Shown: positions 20,701 through 29,707 of the stretch, piece by piece
Position numbering within the stretch: the first letter of the stretch is position 1
Layout: each line of letters opens with the position of its first letter
DNA from: an uncultured virus (IMG/VR IMGVR_UViG_3300022753_001683)
Lineage: Duplodnaviria; Heunggongvirae; Uroviricota; Caudoviricetes
Length of the DNA stretch: 64,000 nucleotides
IMG/VR virus record: IMGVR_UViG_3300022753_001683
Direction: 5' to 3' (one strand)
Notes under the pieces: generated by a model
Database searches by the model: none
Told to the model about the DNA's origin: nothing
What the model saw: only the letters and a program-made list of their open reading frames with translations
Translations under genes and position numbers: made by a program

Positions 20701-21568
20701 CACACTTCAGAATATGAATGGTTTGATTCAAAGAGGTCTGCTGCCTGATCATCTTAGTCTGCAGAGCAAGGTTTTTGAGTTTAATCGTTACTTGAAAAAT
20801 GTATGTAAGTTGACTGACGGTTATTATGTTCTGGATGATAGAGCGTATGGATTCATCGACAGATTCTTCCCTGATGTTCCTCTGGAAGTATTTGGTCCGA
20901 CTTATGCAATGAATCAGAAGTTGTGGGAAAAGGTATATCAACAGCAAATGGATTTTGTGCGTGAGTGGATGAAAGCTAATCAGGACGAAGTTCTATATCA
21001 GCTGAATAAGAACATTTTTGAGGAAGAGTGGAAGAAATATGCTTCTGGTAATTATTCTTCTTGGGAAATGGAAGCATTATGTTTCTATTATCATGAGCAT
21101 GAGTTGAAGAACGTCAATCGCGCACGATATGGAATTAGCAATTTCTTCGATCTGCCAGAAGAGCCGATTATCGAAAAGACATTTAAGCGTGGCGGTATTG
21201 AAATTCCGATTTATCGTTTGAATAGAATCTGCGGCACATGCATCGCTAAGAATAAAACAAAAGGTACAGTATCTCTGTTGACTCCTGAGGGTGTTGTCGA
21301 AGTTAAGTTTAGAAATGAATATTTCAGTTTGTTCGACAAGCAGATTTCTGTGCGTGGCGCTGATGGCGTAAAGCATGTTGTGGAAAAGTCTTGGTTCAAT
21401 CGTGGTTCTATGATTATGGTAACTGGTATTCGCCGTGGTGATGATTTCATTCCGAAGAAATATGCAAGCACAGTTGGTCATCAGCTGTATAAGATTGAAA
21501 ACATCACTTCTAATGGTAGCCTGACTCTTAAAACGGAGCGCGCAAGCGGGGAGGCCGAAGAAGAATGA
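17708..21568 (+). CDS. dnaE: DNA polymerase III alpha subunit (family C)
   Basis: PHP domain HNHTMYS, AITDH, TDSHY; GPGRGSA; PDIDID catalytic motif; HASGV; YAFSMNHS. Confidence 0.95.
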   Translation: MDMFFNCHNHTMYSNLRLLDCIIKPKDLIDRAIELGLSGIAITDHEALSAHMEVNMYAKKIREKHPNFTIALGNEIYLTDTREKGQPYYHFILIAKDAIGHKGLRELSSKAWYNSYFDRGMERVPLLKSELEEIMTRYKGHIMGTTACMGGELSKLIVEYQILKEMNQPNQEIFYKMQDFIQFCMRVFGPDDFYIECAPSTMKDQIMVNRCLGEMAQLYGLNLVPATDSHYLSPETRFAHKAYLNSKGGDREVDSFYEFARLMDEKEVRELLLHSFEETTVDMMMHMTEDMRQKIEWYSLEKPQQIPVVEVPTRNAGFLGWGIWQEYPTLYDINLNGNEQEQYWLDCCMEALVNKGLGEDVYLERLEIEADVIRYIGNRLGTCLFAYFNTFKHYIDLFWECGSIVGPGRGSATGFLSNYLLGITQLNPIKWNLPWWRFLNKERAELPDIDIDLAPSKRAEIFQRIREERGEMGLIQVITFGTEGSKSAILTACRGYRMLDEDGIEMFPDGIDVDVAQYIASLIPSHRGFLWSIKDVVYGNKDEDRQPIAAFKREVDKYPGLLDIIFAIEGIVKQRGCHASGVIMYEEDKIYDTAAIMRTPSGDLVTCYDLHMAEAAGDTKYDFLVTEVSDKIIKALELMQEDEVIDPDMSLRQMYEEFLHPEHIDTTDPEIWEALAEGSVLDVFQFSGGVGLAIAKKLRPTDPLEMTAANAMMRLMSEKGKESQQDRYARIKSQGIRVFDMEMKEHNLPNSMIKAMHKHCDKYYGCCAIQEQMMEILMDPEIASFSLKEANDARKIVAKKQMSRIPELKGKVYDVMDQRLADYVWEVAVAPQLGYAFSMNHSLPYSFVGIQTIILARKFDPIYWNTACLIVNSGATDEDLEGTTNYGKIAKAIGDIRSAGIAVSTADINKSKYGFSPDVGEGTITYGLKGLLNVGDDVIADIIDKRPFTSFGDFLGRVKCGKQAVISLIKGGAFDSFGERKRIMAEYLWLNCDKKKRITLQNMNGLIQRGLLPDHLSLQSKVFEFNRYLKNVCKLTDGYYVLDDRAYGFIDRFFPDVPLEVFGPTYAMNQKLWEKVYQQQMDFVREWMKANQDEVLYQLNKNIFEEEWKKYASGNYSSWEMEALCFYYHEHELKNVNRARYGISNFFDLPEEPIIEKTFKRGGIEIPIYRLNRICGTCIAKNKTKGTVSLLTPEGVVEVKFRNEYFSLFDKQISVRGADGVKHVVEKSWFNRGSMIMVTGIRRGDDFIPKKYASTVGHQLYKIENITSNGSLTLKTERASGEAEEE

Positions 21569-21789
21569 TGAACGAGAAAGTGATGAAGTGGCGATCGTCG
21601 CCACTTCATCGTAAATGTATTTTTTGTAAACACTTAAAATTTATAACCATACCGGCTCATCTGCCATGTAATGATTACTATAAATGTGTTGCTAAAGACA
21701 AATATATTGATTATTGTTTGCCAGATATGACAAGAGCTCCAAGACCGTTTTGTAAATTATTTGAATTAAATACGGAGATAAAAGAATGA
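21565..21789 (+). CDS. Small Cys-rich hypothetical protein
   Basis: CIFCKH...C...C; overlaps both neighbours by ATGA. Confidence 0.55.
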   Translation: MMNEKVMKWRSSPLHRKCIFCKHLKFITIPAHLPCNDYYKCVAKDKYIDYCLPDMTRAPRPFCKLFELNTEIKE

Positions 21790-22382
21790 AATATATTGTA
21801 GCACTTATTGGCAAGGCAGGAGCGGGAAAAGATACAATTGCTCAGGGCTTAGCTACACTCAATCCTGACTGGAATATGATTGTCTCTTGTACAACCCGCC
21901 CTCGTCGAGAAAATGAAGTTGAAGGTATCAACTATTATTATCTTACAAATGAGGAGTTTGCGCAGAAAGTACTGAATGGCGATATGCTTGAAGCTACTTA
22001 TTTCAACGATTGGCATTATGGTACTATGGCTTCTTCTCTTCACGAAGGTGTAAACATTGGTGTTTTCAATCCTGAAGGCTACGATTGTCTTACAGAGATG
22101 GGCGGCGGAGAAATCAAAGTTATTGGCTTCTATATCAATAGCGATGATAAAACTCGTCTACTGCGCCAGCTTAATCGCGAAGAAAACCCTGATGTTCATG
22201 AGATCGTCCGCCGCTTTAGCGCAGATGAAGAAGATTTTTATGATATTGATAACGATCCAGACTATCCTGTATATGTAATTCAAAATGGAAGAGATACTTC
22301 TCTACCATATGTTGTACATGAAGTCAATAAAATCATTCACGCGGTTCTAGATATTGTGCCTCTTGTGGGCAGTCATGAATAA
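21786..22382 (+). CDS. gmk: Guanylate kinase
   Basis: GKAGAGKDT P-loop, SCTTRPRRENEVEGINYYY, WHYGT. Confidence 0.9.
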   Translation: MKYIVALIGKAGAGKDTIAQGLATLNPDWNMIVSCTTRPRRENEVEGINYYYLTNEEFAQKVLNGDMLEATYFNDWHYGTMASSLHEGVNIGVFNPEGYDCLTEMGGGEIKVIGFYINSDDKTRLLRQLNREENPDVHEIVRRFSADEEDFYDIDNDPDYPVYVIQNGRDTSLPYVVHEVNKIIHAVLDIVPLVGSHE

Positions 22383-22445
22383 TTTATTGGGCGAAATTTT
22401 GAAATATCATGTCTACCCTATTTTATAACTCAGGAGGTCAATGAA

Positions 22446-24647
22446 ATGTTAGTAACTAAACGTGATGGACGCCAAGTCCTTTTTAATGTTCAGAAAATTG
22501 AAAACGCAATCGGCAAGGCATATTGGGACAAAGATTGGTCTCCCGACAAACCTAACCCACCATATGCTGGACATATTGCCGATAAAATTTCTCAGTCTAA
22601 TCAAGACTATACTGTAGAACAGATTCAGGATCTTGTTGAACGAGAACTTATGGCTTGTGATCCTGATGTTGCAAAAGCATATATTCTATATCGTAATAAG
22701 CGTACTCGTGCAAGAGAACAACAGAGCCGTATTATTAATGCGGTAAAGAGCCGTTTGGAAGCTCGTAATGTGCAGAATTCCAATGCCAATGTTGATGAAC
22801 GCTCTTTCTCTGGTCGTGAAAAAGAATCTCAGTCTGATATTCACAAGATTATCGCTCTTGAAGATGGCAGCTATCTAAGTGAAGAAGTTGCAAATGCTCA
22901 CAAAAACATGCTTCTTTATCAGCATGACTTAGAGAAGGCTCCTGTTGGAGAGCATAATTGTTTAAATATTGATTTCAAGAAACTATTCACCGAAGGTTTC
23001 GCAACCCGCAATGGCGATATTCGTGTTCCTACATCCTATGCCACTGCTTGTCAACAAGTTGCTGTTATTTTCCAATGTCAGTCTCAAGTGCAGTTTGGTG
23101 GAGTCGGTAGCGTTCATATTGACTATGATCTTACTCCTTTTGTAAGAATGAGTTTTGCTAAGCACTTCCTTGATGGTATGGAATGGCTTTGCGACAATGG
23201 TGTAGAATATGATAAGGAAGAGCTTTTAAATCTTCCAATTGATGCGCCACTATATGATGAACAGCCAAAAGTAAAGAAATATGCTATGGCTATGTTGAAA
23301 AAGGAGATGCGTCAGAGTGCAGAAGCTCTCTACCACAACCTCAACTCCCTCGAATCCCGTGCGGGGTCTCAGGTCCCGTTTACCTCTATTAACTTCGGAC
23401 GAGACACCACTATCGAAGGAAGAATGGTTTCAGAGTCTATGCTCAGAGCTAGTCTCGCAGGAATCGGAAAATTCCACAGAACCGCTATCTTCCCAATTTC
23501 AATTTTCCAGTATAAAACCGGAAACAATGCAAACCCTGCAGACCCAAACTATGACCTTAAGCAATTGGCATTGGAATCCCTCTCTAAACGAATTTATCCC
23601 AACTTCTGTAACTGTGACTGGTCCCAGGCCCACGAAGATCTCTCCGATCCCGACACCTATTTCTCTACAATGGGATGCCGAACCATGCTTGGTTACGATA
23701 GACATGGACTTGGATATCGTAGAGTCGGACGAGGCAATAACGTTCCAAATACCATTATTCTCCCAAAGCTTGGAATTGAATACGGAATTGCTCTCGGAAA
23801 GCGCGATAAAGCAGATCTTGAAGGATTCTGGATGGCATTTGAAGACACTCTCAAACTCGCAGAGCAAGGACTCCTTGAAAGATTCGATGTAATGGTCAAT
23901 CAAGCTGCAACAGCTGCACCATTTATGTATGAGAATGGAACTATTGCTGATGGTCAAAAGTGTAATATGAGTGTATATCAATCTCTAAAACATAATACGC
24001 TTGCGATTGGCTATATTGGTATTGCAGAAATGTGTGAAGCATTGTTTGGTGTCAATCATGCTCGCAGCAAGGAAGCTCATGCATTTGCTCTTTCTGTTGT
24101 GCAGCGCATTAATGAGTTTGCAAAAGAAGCAAGTGAACGTAATGATCTTAACTTCTCTTGCTATGCAACTCCTGCAGAAGGACTTTGTTCCACTGCTTTA
24201 AAAGCACTTCGTCGTCAGTATGGTATTCTACCTCGCATTACTGACAGAGAATTTATTACCAATAGTCATCATGTCCCGGTTTGGGAAGAAATTGGTATTT
24301 TTGAAAAATTGGAGTTGGAAGCTCCATTCTGTAAGTACCCAACAGGAGGATGTATCACATATGTTGAATTGGATGCAACGTTTGTTCAGAACACGAAAGC
24401 AATCGAACAAATCATCGACTACGCGTTCAAAACGCTCGACATCCCATACCTCGCGTTCAACTTCCCAATCGACTCTTGCCTATCTTGCGGCTATCAAGGT
24501 GAATTCAATGACCGCTGCCCTGAATGCGGTTCTACCAACATTCAACAGTTACGAAGAGTAACTGGTTATCTCACTACAGATTACCACAAGTTTAATGAAG
24601 GTAAGCAGGACGAAGTTTTACATAGATTTAAACATTCAAGAAAGTAA
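22446..24647 (+). CDS. nrdD: Anaerobic ribonucleoside-triphosphate reductase with N-terminal ATP cone
   Basis: VTKRDGR ATP cone, YQHDL, MGCRT, ATPAEG, TNSHHV, CxxC...CxxC, RRVTGYL glycyl-radical motif. Confidence 0.95.
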   Translation: MLVTKRDGRQVLFNVQKIENAIGKAYWDKDWSPDKPNPPYAGHIADKISQSNQDYTVEQIQDLVERELMACDPDVAKAYILYRNKRTRAREQQSRIINAVKSRLEARNVQNSNANVDERSFSGREKESQSDIHKIIALEDGSYLSEEVANAHKNMLLYQHDLEKAPVGEHNCLNIDFKKLFTEGFATRNGDIRVPTSYATACQQVAVIFQCQSQVQFGGVGSVHIDYDLTPFVRMSFAKHFLDGMEWLCDNGVEYDKEELLNLPIDAPLYDEQPKVKKYAMAMLKKEMRQSAEALYHNLNSLESRAGSQVPFTSINFGRDTTIEGRMVSESMLRASLAGIGKFHRTAIFPISIFQYKTGNNANPADPNYDLKQLALESLSKRIYPNFCNCDWSQAHEDLSDPDTYFSTMGCRTMLGYDRHGLGYRRVGRGNNVPNTIILPKLGIEYGIALGKRDKADLEGFWMAFEDTLKLAEQGLLERFDVMVNQAATAAPFMYENGTIADGQKCNMSVYQSLKHNTLAIGYIGIAEMCEALFGVNHARSKEAHAFALSVVQRINEFAKEASERNDLNFSCYATPAEGLCSTALKALRRQYGILPRITDREFITNSHHVPVWEEIGIFEKLELEAPFCKYPTGGCITYVELDATFVQNTKAIEQIIDYAFKTLDIPYLAFNFPIDSCLSCGYQGEFNDRCPECGSTNIQQLRRVTGYLTTDYHKFNEGKQDEVLHRFKHSRK

Positions 24648-24680
24648 GAGGGTGGCGTCCTCTTTTAAAGGAGAAATAAT

Positions 24681-25163
24681 ATGCGATATGCTAACGTAAT
24701 TTGGAATGACATTGTTGCCGGCGACGGTTTATGTGTGTCATTTTATACGCAAGGTTGTCCGCATCGGTGTCCGGGTTGTCATAACCCGGAGACCTGGGAC
24801 TTTGAAGGAGGACAAGAATTCCCCGCATCCCTTTTGGACGACCTAATCCGAGGTCTTACCGCACAAGGTATTCAAAGACCCTTGTGCATCCTAGGCGGTG
24901 AACCGCTTTGTCCCGAGAATATTTTTCTTACTACACTATTAATTCGTACAGTGCGGGACAAGCTACCAGATACGCCTATATATGTGTGGACTGGTTATCT
25001 TTATGAAGATCTTCAAAAGATAGGTTCATCCCCACATTTATCATATATCCTTGATAACATTGACTATTTGATTGATGGCCCATATGATGCGACTAAGAGA
25101 AATATTACTCTTGGTTTGCGTGGTAGCGAGAATCAGAGAGTTTTCAAGTTTGACAGAAAATAA
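24681..25163 (+). CDS. nrdG: Anaerobic RNR activating protein (radical SAM)
   Basis: GCPHRCPGCHN, LGGEPL, IDGPY, LRGSENQR; adjacent to nrdD. Confidence 0.93.
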   Translation: MRYANVIWNDIVAGDGLCVSFYTQGCPHRCPGCHNPETWDFEGGQEFPASLLDDLIRGLTAQGIQRPLCILGGEPLCPENIFLTTLLIRTVRDKLPDTPIYVWTGYLYEDLQKIGSSPHLSYILDNIDYLIDGPYDATKRNITLGLRGSENQRVFKFDRK

Positions 25164-25178
25164 ATTTTATGATATAAT
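25150..25178 (+). promoter_or_regulatory. sigma-A-type promoter
   Basis: TTGACA(25150-25155)-17 nt-TATAAT(25173-25178), extended TG. Confidence 0.8.
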
Positions 25179-25208
25179 TGATATATCAAGAGAAAAAGGA
25201 GAATTCTC

Positions 25209-25772
25209 ATGAAGGAAACACCTAATGCTATTTATATGGAGCCTGAAGAGTATGAGGCTTACTTAAAGGAGCAAGAGGAAAAGCAAGAAAAACTTAAGGC
25301 GTATTATGAGTCCTTGAAAGAAGGTAATGATAATGTTGATGGTCCAAGTCTATATGAATTGAACCAGCAAATTATTGCAAAAATGCCTGCTCTGGACGGC
25401 GACGGGGTGCGCGATTGCTCTGGGAAAATTTTAAAGTGGTTGGACACACATCCCGATCCTTATTATATGCTCCTATGTAATGAGCTTAGTTATTACACTT
25501 TATTCCATATTACTTCTGCAAAGTATAATGCTGGCGGCAACTTGATGATTAGTCGAGGTGCAATGCGAGATTTAACAGATGAAATTCTTGATATTGTTGC
25601 TAATCTTGGTGATGTACGCGTTATTGAAGAAGATAATAATGGAGCAATTTCTGTGTGGAGTTCTCTCAAGCCCGCACATTATGAAGCACTATCTGATGAA
25701 GCTAAAGCAGAAGCTGACATCGTACATTGTTTCTATTTATTCCCATATGGAAGGGGAGTCGTTGAAGTATGA
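25209..25772 (+). CDS. Hypothetical phage protein (187 aa)
   Basis: SD AAGGAG; ORF directly behind a promoter. Confidence 0.75.
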   Translation: MKETPNAIYMEPEEYEAYLKEQEEKQEKLKAYYESLKEGNDNVDGPSLYELNQQIIAKMPALDGDGVRDCSGKILKWLDTHPDPYYMLLCNELSYYTLFHITSAKYNAGGNLMISRGAMRDLTDEILDIVANLGDVRVIEEDNNGAISVWSSLKPAHYEALSDEAKAEADIVHCFYLFPYGRGVVEV

Positions 25773-26029
25773 ACTCTGCATATTGGATGACTAATAAATT
25801 TACAAATCATTCTTCTGTATTAATTCACACAAAAGAAAATACTGCAAGAGTAGATTTGTTTGGTGAGACTATTGAAGATCATATTATGTCTTTGGCAAAT
25901 GTAATTGCCTCATATGGTCTTACTACTGTTAAAACAGATAAAGAATATTTGGTGTTTGAAGCACCACTAAATGCTCTACTTGCACAAAATTATAATTATC
26001 AGAATGGCGTAAAATTGGAGGAAGTCTAA
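25769..26029 (+). CDS. Hypothetical protein (86 aa)
   Basis: ATGA overlap with the previous gene. Confidence 0.65.
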   Translation: MNSAYWMTNKFTNHSSVLIHTKENTARVDLFGETIEDHIMSLANVIASYGLTTVKTDKEYLVFEAPLNALLAQNYNYQNGVKLEEV

Positions 26030-26030
26030 G

Positions 26031-26261
26031 ATGAAGTATTTGCTGAATGTTGTTGAAACTTACCGTGTTGATACCGTAGAAGAGGCTCTGGCTATGCGCG
26101 ATGAAATGGCCGCAGCTCATGAATATGAACTTCAGTCTTTCCAGTATACTACCAAGTTTAATAAAAAGACTGAAGAAGAGTATCAGGTTGTAAAAGCTAA
26201 GAAGGTTATCAATAGTGAAAAGGAACCCAATTGTGGGGTAATGGTGCGATATGAATATTGA
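26031..26261 (+). CDS. Hypothetical protein (76 aa)
   Basis: SD GGAGG; typical codon usage. Confidence 0.7.
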   Translation: MKYLLNVVETYRVDTVEEALAMRDEMAAAHEYELQSFQYTTKFNKKTEEEYQVVKAKKVINSEKEPNCGVMVRYEY

Positions 26262-26841
26262 TGCGACTTTTGAAAAGATTAGTAAATATGCTGATGACAA
26301 CTTGGTCGTCATCCCAACTCGCAAAACTGCCGAGTCAGCGGGGTACGACTTTTGTGCAGCAGAAGATACGATAATTCCTCCATTTGTTGAGATGGTCGAA
26401 GATGCAATGCTTGAGGATATTAACTCTCGCAAAGCGCAGTATGCCGATGTAAAAGAGTTTATGGCAGCTGAATACCCTTATACTCTCGACAAGATTGCGG
26501 CGATCACTAAGCAGTATGATGCTAAGGTCGCTCTTGTGCCAACTGGTATTAAGTGTAAGATTCCGGGTGGTTATTATCTTCAGCTAAGTGTACGTAGTTC
26601 TTTGCCGCTTAAGCACTGGTTGATTCTGGGTAATGGTGTTGGTATCATCGACGCGGATTATTATAATAACCCAGATAATGAAGGACATATTTATTTCCAG
26701 ATCATTAATCTGTTACCGGTTCCCATTAAGATTCAGAAGGGTGAATGCTTCGGTCAGGGTGTTCTTCTTCCTTATGGTGTTGCTACTGGTGACAATGTAA
26801 CCGCTACTCGCGAGGGCGGATTCGGTTCTACCAATGGGTAA
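26251..26841 (+). CDS. dut: Trimeric dUTPase
   Basis: SAGYDF, VRSS, GIIDADY, GQG, REGGFGSTN (motifs I-V). Confidence 0.92.
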   Translation: MNIDATFEKISKYADDNLVVIPTRKTAESAGYDFCAAEDTIIPPFVEMVEDAMLEDINSRKAQYADVKEFMAAEYPYTLDKIAAITKQYDAKVALVPTGIKCKIPGGYYLQLSVRSSLPLKHWLILGNGVGIIDADYYNNPDNEGHIYFQIINLLPVPIKIQKGECFGQGVLLPYGVATGDNVTATREGGFGSTNG

Positions 26842-27322
26842 GATTATATTAGCTTTAGATCAGGCCACTCGCGACAGCGGGTGGTCTATCTTTGATAATG
26901 GAGAACTGATCGACTTCGGCCACTGGAGTTTCTCCCACGACGACGTAGCAATGCGTATCCATAGGCTTTGCTAGGAAATTGAGAAGAAAATTGAGGAATA
27001 TGAACCAGAGCTCATCGCTATTGAAAATATTTAGCTACAGTAGAACGTAGAGATGTTTCAAAAGCTAGCTTGGGTTCAAGGTGCTTTAATGCGCACCTGC
27101 GTTGCAAAAGGAGTTCCATATTAGTTAGTTCGTCCGTCCGAGTGGCGTGCGGAATGTGCTTTCCTTAAAGGCAATGATAAACATAGAGATAATCAAAAAA
27201 AAGTTGCGCAAACCTGGGTAATGGAAACCTTCGGTAAGAAATGTACGCAAGATGAATCGGATGCGATTTGTATTGGTTATGCTCTATCTAAACAAGAGGA
27301 TAACAATTGGGATTTTGAATGA
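26834..27322 (+). CDS. ruvC: RuvC-like Holliday junction resolvase; 4 in-frame TAG read as Gln; absent from the ORF track
   Basis: MGKIILALDQATRDSGWS...IAIENI(TAG)LQ(TAG)N...PSEWR...DESDAICIG; TAG at 26972, 27032, 27041, 27122; stop TGA 27320-27322. Confidence 0.85.
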
Positions 27323-27387
27323 TTGGGCTAATTAGGTTCACTCTTTTCTCTTGATTTTTATAATCAGAGAAAGGGGATGACTTTTGC

Positions 27388-27909
27388 ATGGAGTATGATT
27401 TATTTGATTATTTCCTCAAATGGCTCATTCCATTCGTCTGTTCAGGTCTCTTCGCGGCAATCGTTATTCCAGTATGGAACAGATATAAGCATGGACGCGA
27501 CGCAGAATTAAAAGACAAATGGAATGTATATGCACAAGAAACCAAGAATGATATTGAAGCATTCAAAATCGAATCCAAAAAGAAAGACGTTGAATTAGAA
27601 AAGAAAATTGTCGACGTCTAGACTGCACTGCTTGATAAGATCGAACAAAATACCGCTGGTATACGTCAGGCGATTTTGCAGTCTCATTTAAGAGAATTGA
27701 TTATTGATGGTAAAATGTATCTAAAGAATGAATATATTACTCTTGAGCAATTGGCAGATTATGAGGAACGTTTCTTAACTTATAAGACACTAGGCGGTAA
27801 CGGACATGTGGATCCATGGATCGCTAAAATTCGTCAATTGCCTAATACTCCTCCGGAGCAAGTGGAAGAAACCGATTTTTCCGCACGCTCTAAATATCAT
27901 CATGTGTAA
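27388..27909 (+). CDS. Membrane-anchored, possibly lysis-associated (holin-like) protein; 1 in-frame TAG
   Basis: ORFs 27388-27621 and 27676-27909 are one frame joined through TAG 27619; N-terminal TM helix, coiled coil and YKTLGGNG motif. Confidence 0.65.
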
Positions 27910-27960
27910 AAAAAAATAAGGGAGACTAGATATTTTATCTAGTCTCCCTATTTTTTTTTA
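27908..27960. terminator. Bidirectional intrinsic terminator where the + and - transcription units converge
   Basis: A-run, AGGGAGACTAGAT/ATCTAGTCTCCCT perfect stem, T-run. Confidence 0.85.
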
Positions 27961-28092
27961 TGTTATATCGTCAAAAATCTAATTCGTATTAAATAAAATT
28001 TCTTTGCCAAATGTAGCAATTAAATCAGCGACCATTTCTTCTTGTTCTATAGTCATATTGACATTATAACTAAACATAGCAGCATGAACTAT
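27958..28092 (-). pseudogene. 3' remnant of a probable HExxH metallopeptidase-like phage gene
   Basis: Frame reads IVHAAMFSYNVNMTIEQEEMVADLIATFGKEIL...TAA, with no SD or convincing start; begins abruptly inside the upstream gene. Confidence 0.45.
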
Positions 28093-28322
28093 TGACCGTA
28101 TTTCCTGCGGAAAGCCTAAAATTCAGTATCGAAGTCCTTACCTTGCTCGCGCATAAGGTTGCGGGCAATCTGTTCAATTTCTGCACTTCTATTGTTTTTG
28201 GCCAAGTTCAATAGATTTACTCCCATTGGAGTATTTTGCATACCCTGTAACAGATTCATCATTACTTGTTGCGGGTTCTAACCATTTTTAATCATACCGA
28301 TAATCTAGTTCATCTGAACCAT
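28053..28322 (-). CDS. Small Gln/Met/Asn-rich hypothetical protein with in-frame TAGs
   Basis: SD GGAGG; MVQMN(TAG)IIGMIKNG(TAG)NPQQVMMNLL...IEQIARNL; TAG at 28305, 28278, 28116, 28089; 3' end uncertain (possible deletion junction). Confidence 0.65.
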
Positions 28323-28339
28323 TCGTGCTTCCCCTCCTC

Positions 28340-28717
28340 TCAAAACTGGGATGCAACATCATTTAGCTATTGTTTAGTCTCCTTCGGTGGGATAATCATT
28401 TGATTCATTGCCATTTGAATTTGCTACATTGCCTATTCAAATTCTTCTCTAGTTATAAAATTTAAATTGGCTTCATTAGTAAGAGGAATATTTTTTAGTT
28501 CGTATACATTCAGCGCAGCCGTTCCATCCATATTGATTTGTTTAGTGTAAATTCGCTTATTAGCTAAGTCTGGAAAGTAAAACACTGAACCATCGAAGTC
28601 AATTGAGGCGCCTCTGACTTCATCGAGAGAGGAGACTGGTCTTCCCTTTAATGCCATAGAAACGGGTCGGGAAGCCGGCTATTGAGCCTAAAAATAATTT
28701 GGATAAGTTGGATACAT
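28340..28717 (-). CDS. Hypothetical protein (125 aa); 5 in-frame TAG
   Basis: ATG 28717 with SD GAGG; extends ORF 28433-28657 at both ends through TAG at 28688, 28679, 28433, 28424, 28367; stop TGA. Confidence 0.7.
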
Positions 28718-28902
28718 TTTATCCCTCTTTTCTGGAAGTTGTCTCTATCACTTCCATTATATAATGAAAATGCCGATAGATCCGTTGGTCACATTTGTCT
28801 CGTGGTAACTATGAGGATTACCCCTCTGGATGAAGGGTGCATTAGAAGATGTAGTCACAGGCAAGCTCTCTGTCTCGCGTCAAGGACACTTCTAACAACG
28901 AC

Positions 28903-28931
28903 AAAAAAGGGAGACCTTTAAAGGTCTCCCT
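28903..28931 (-). terminator. Intrinsic terminator after the holin genes
   Basis: GGGAGACCT/AGGTCTCCC stem with T-run on the - strand. Confidence 0.8.
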
Positions 28932-28936
28932 GTTAA

Positions 28937-29341
28937 TTAACTAGCAGCTGCAAGCTTATTTACTTGTACCTGGGCTTCAATCAAAGTAGTCAAGTACTGA
29001 TCGAAATCTCCAAGGGCACTAGCAAGATACTCTTTAGCATCATCTGTAAGAATGGCTAAAACCGCACTCTTAGTCATTTCAAAAGCTTTCTTCTGTGCCT
29101 CAGGATCAAAAGCATTTTGACCCTTAAGAGCATCTACATATGTTTGAGTTGTGGTTAAAACGCAATCGGTTACAGTCTCCTGTAACATAAGCACATACTT
29201 ATCATGCTTATCATTATCAACACGATTAATCAACTCGTTGCTCTTAGCATTAATAAACTTAATAAAATAAGTGCTCAATACAACCAAGAGCGGAATGATT
29301 ACTAGTTCAAAAATTTGTTGAGCCATTTCCATCCATTCCAT
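28937..29341 (-). CDS. Holin-like protein (LL-H-like)
   Basis: N-terminal TM helix; QTYVDALK...AQKKAF...IEAQV pattern; downstream of the endolysin. Confidence 0.7.
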   Translation of the reverse strand: MEWMEMAQQIFELVIIPLLVVLSTYFIKFINAKSNELINRVDNDKHDKYVLMLQETVTDCVLTTTQTYVDALKGQNAFDPEAQKKAFEMTKSAVLAILTDDAKEYLASALGDFDQYLTTLIEAQVQVNKLAAAS

Positions 29342-29353
29342 AAAAAGACCTCC

Positions 29354-29707
29354 TTATCCGCAAGACTCCTCATCAGTCTCAGGATCTTGACCTACTTGCT
29401 CACGCAGTAGGGCTGTAATAAGTTTTCTTTGTGTGTCTAACTTAATTTCATTTTCAGCTTTTGCTTTATATGAATAAAAACCGGTCACTGTCGCACACTC
29501 AGCAAAGACCGCGGGAATTAGGTACATAAGCGCATCAATGTTATTAAAATACCACATTGCAATGCAAGAAAAGATGGTGATGGCAAGAGTGACAGCGCAA
29601 ACTGCGATCACAAGAATTTTGCTGAAAGACCATTTCTTCTCCACCTTGGGAGAAAAAATGGTTTCAACATATTGAGTAGTCGCGCTTTTAATTCTGCGAG
29701 GAATCAA
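29354..29707 (-). CDS. Two-TM membrane protein, probable holin/antiholin
   Basis: FSKILV-TM1-TM2-FYSYKAKAEN; lies between lysin and holin; start codon uncertain. Confidence 0.6.
   Translation of the reverse strand: MIPRRIKSATTQYVETIFSPKVEKKWSFSKILVIAVCAVTLAITIFSCIAMWYFNNIDALMYLIPAVFAECATVTGFYSYKAKAENEIKLDTQRKLITALLREQVGQDPETDEESCG

Noticed and set aside
19391..23981. Long antisense or off-frame ORFs over dnaE and nrdD (19391-20230, 23317-23892, 23499-23981)
   Set aside because: They have no RBS or motifs and are by-products of codon bias in the real genes
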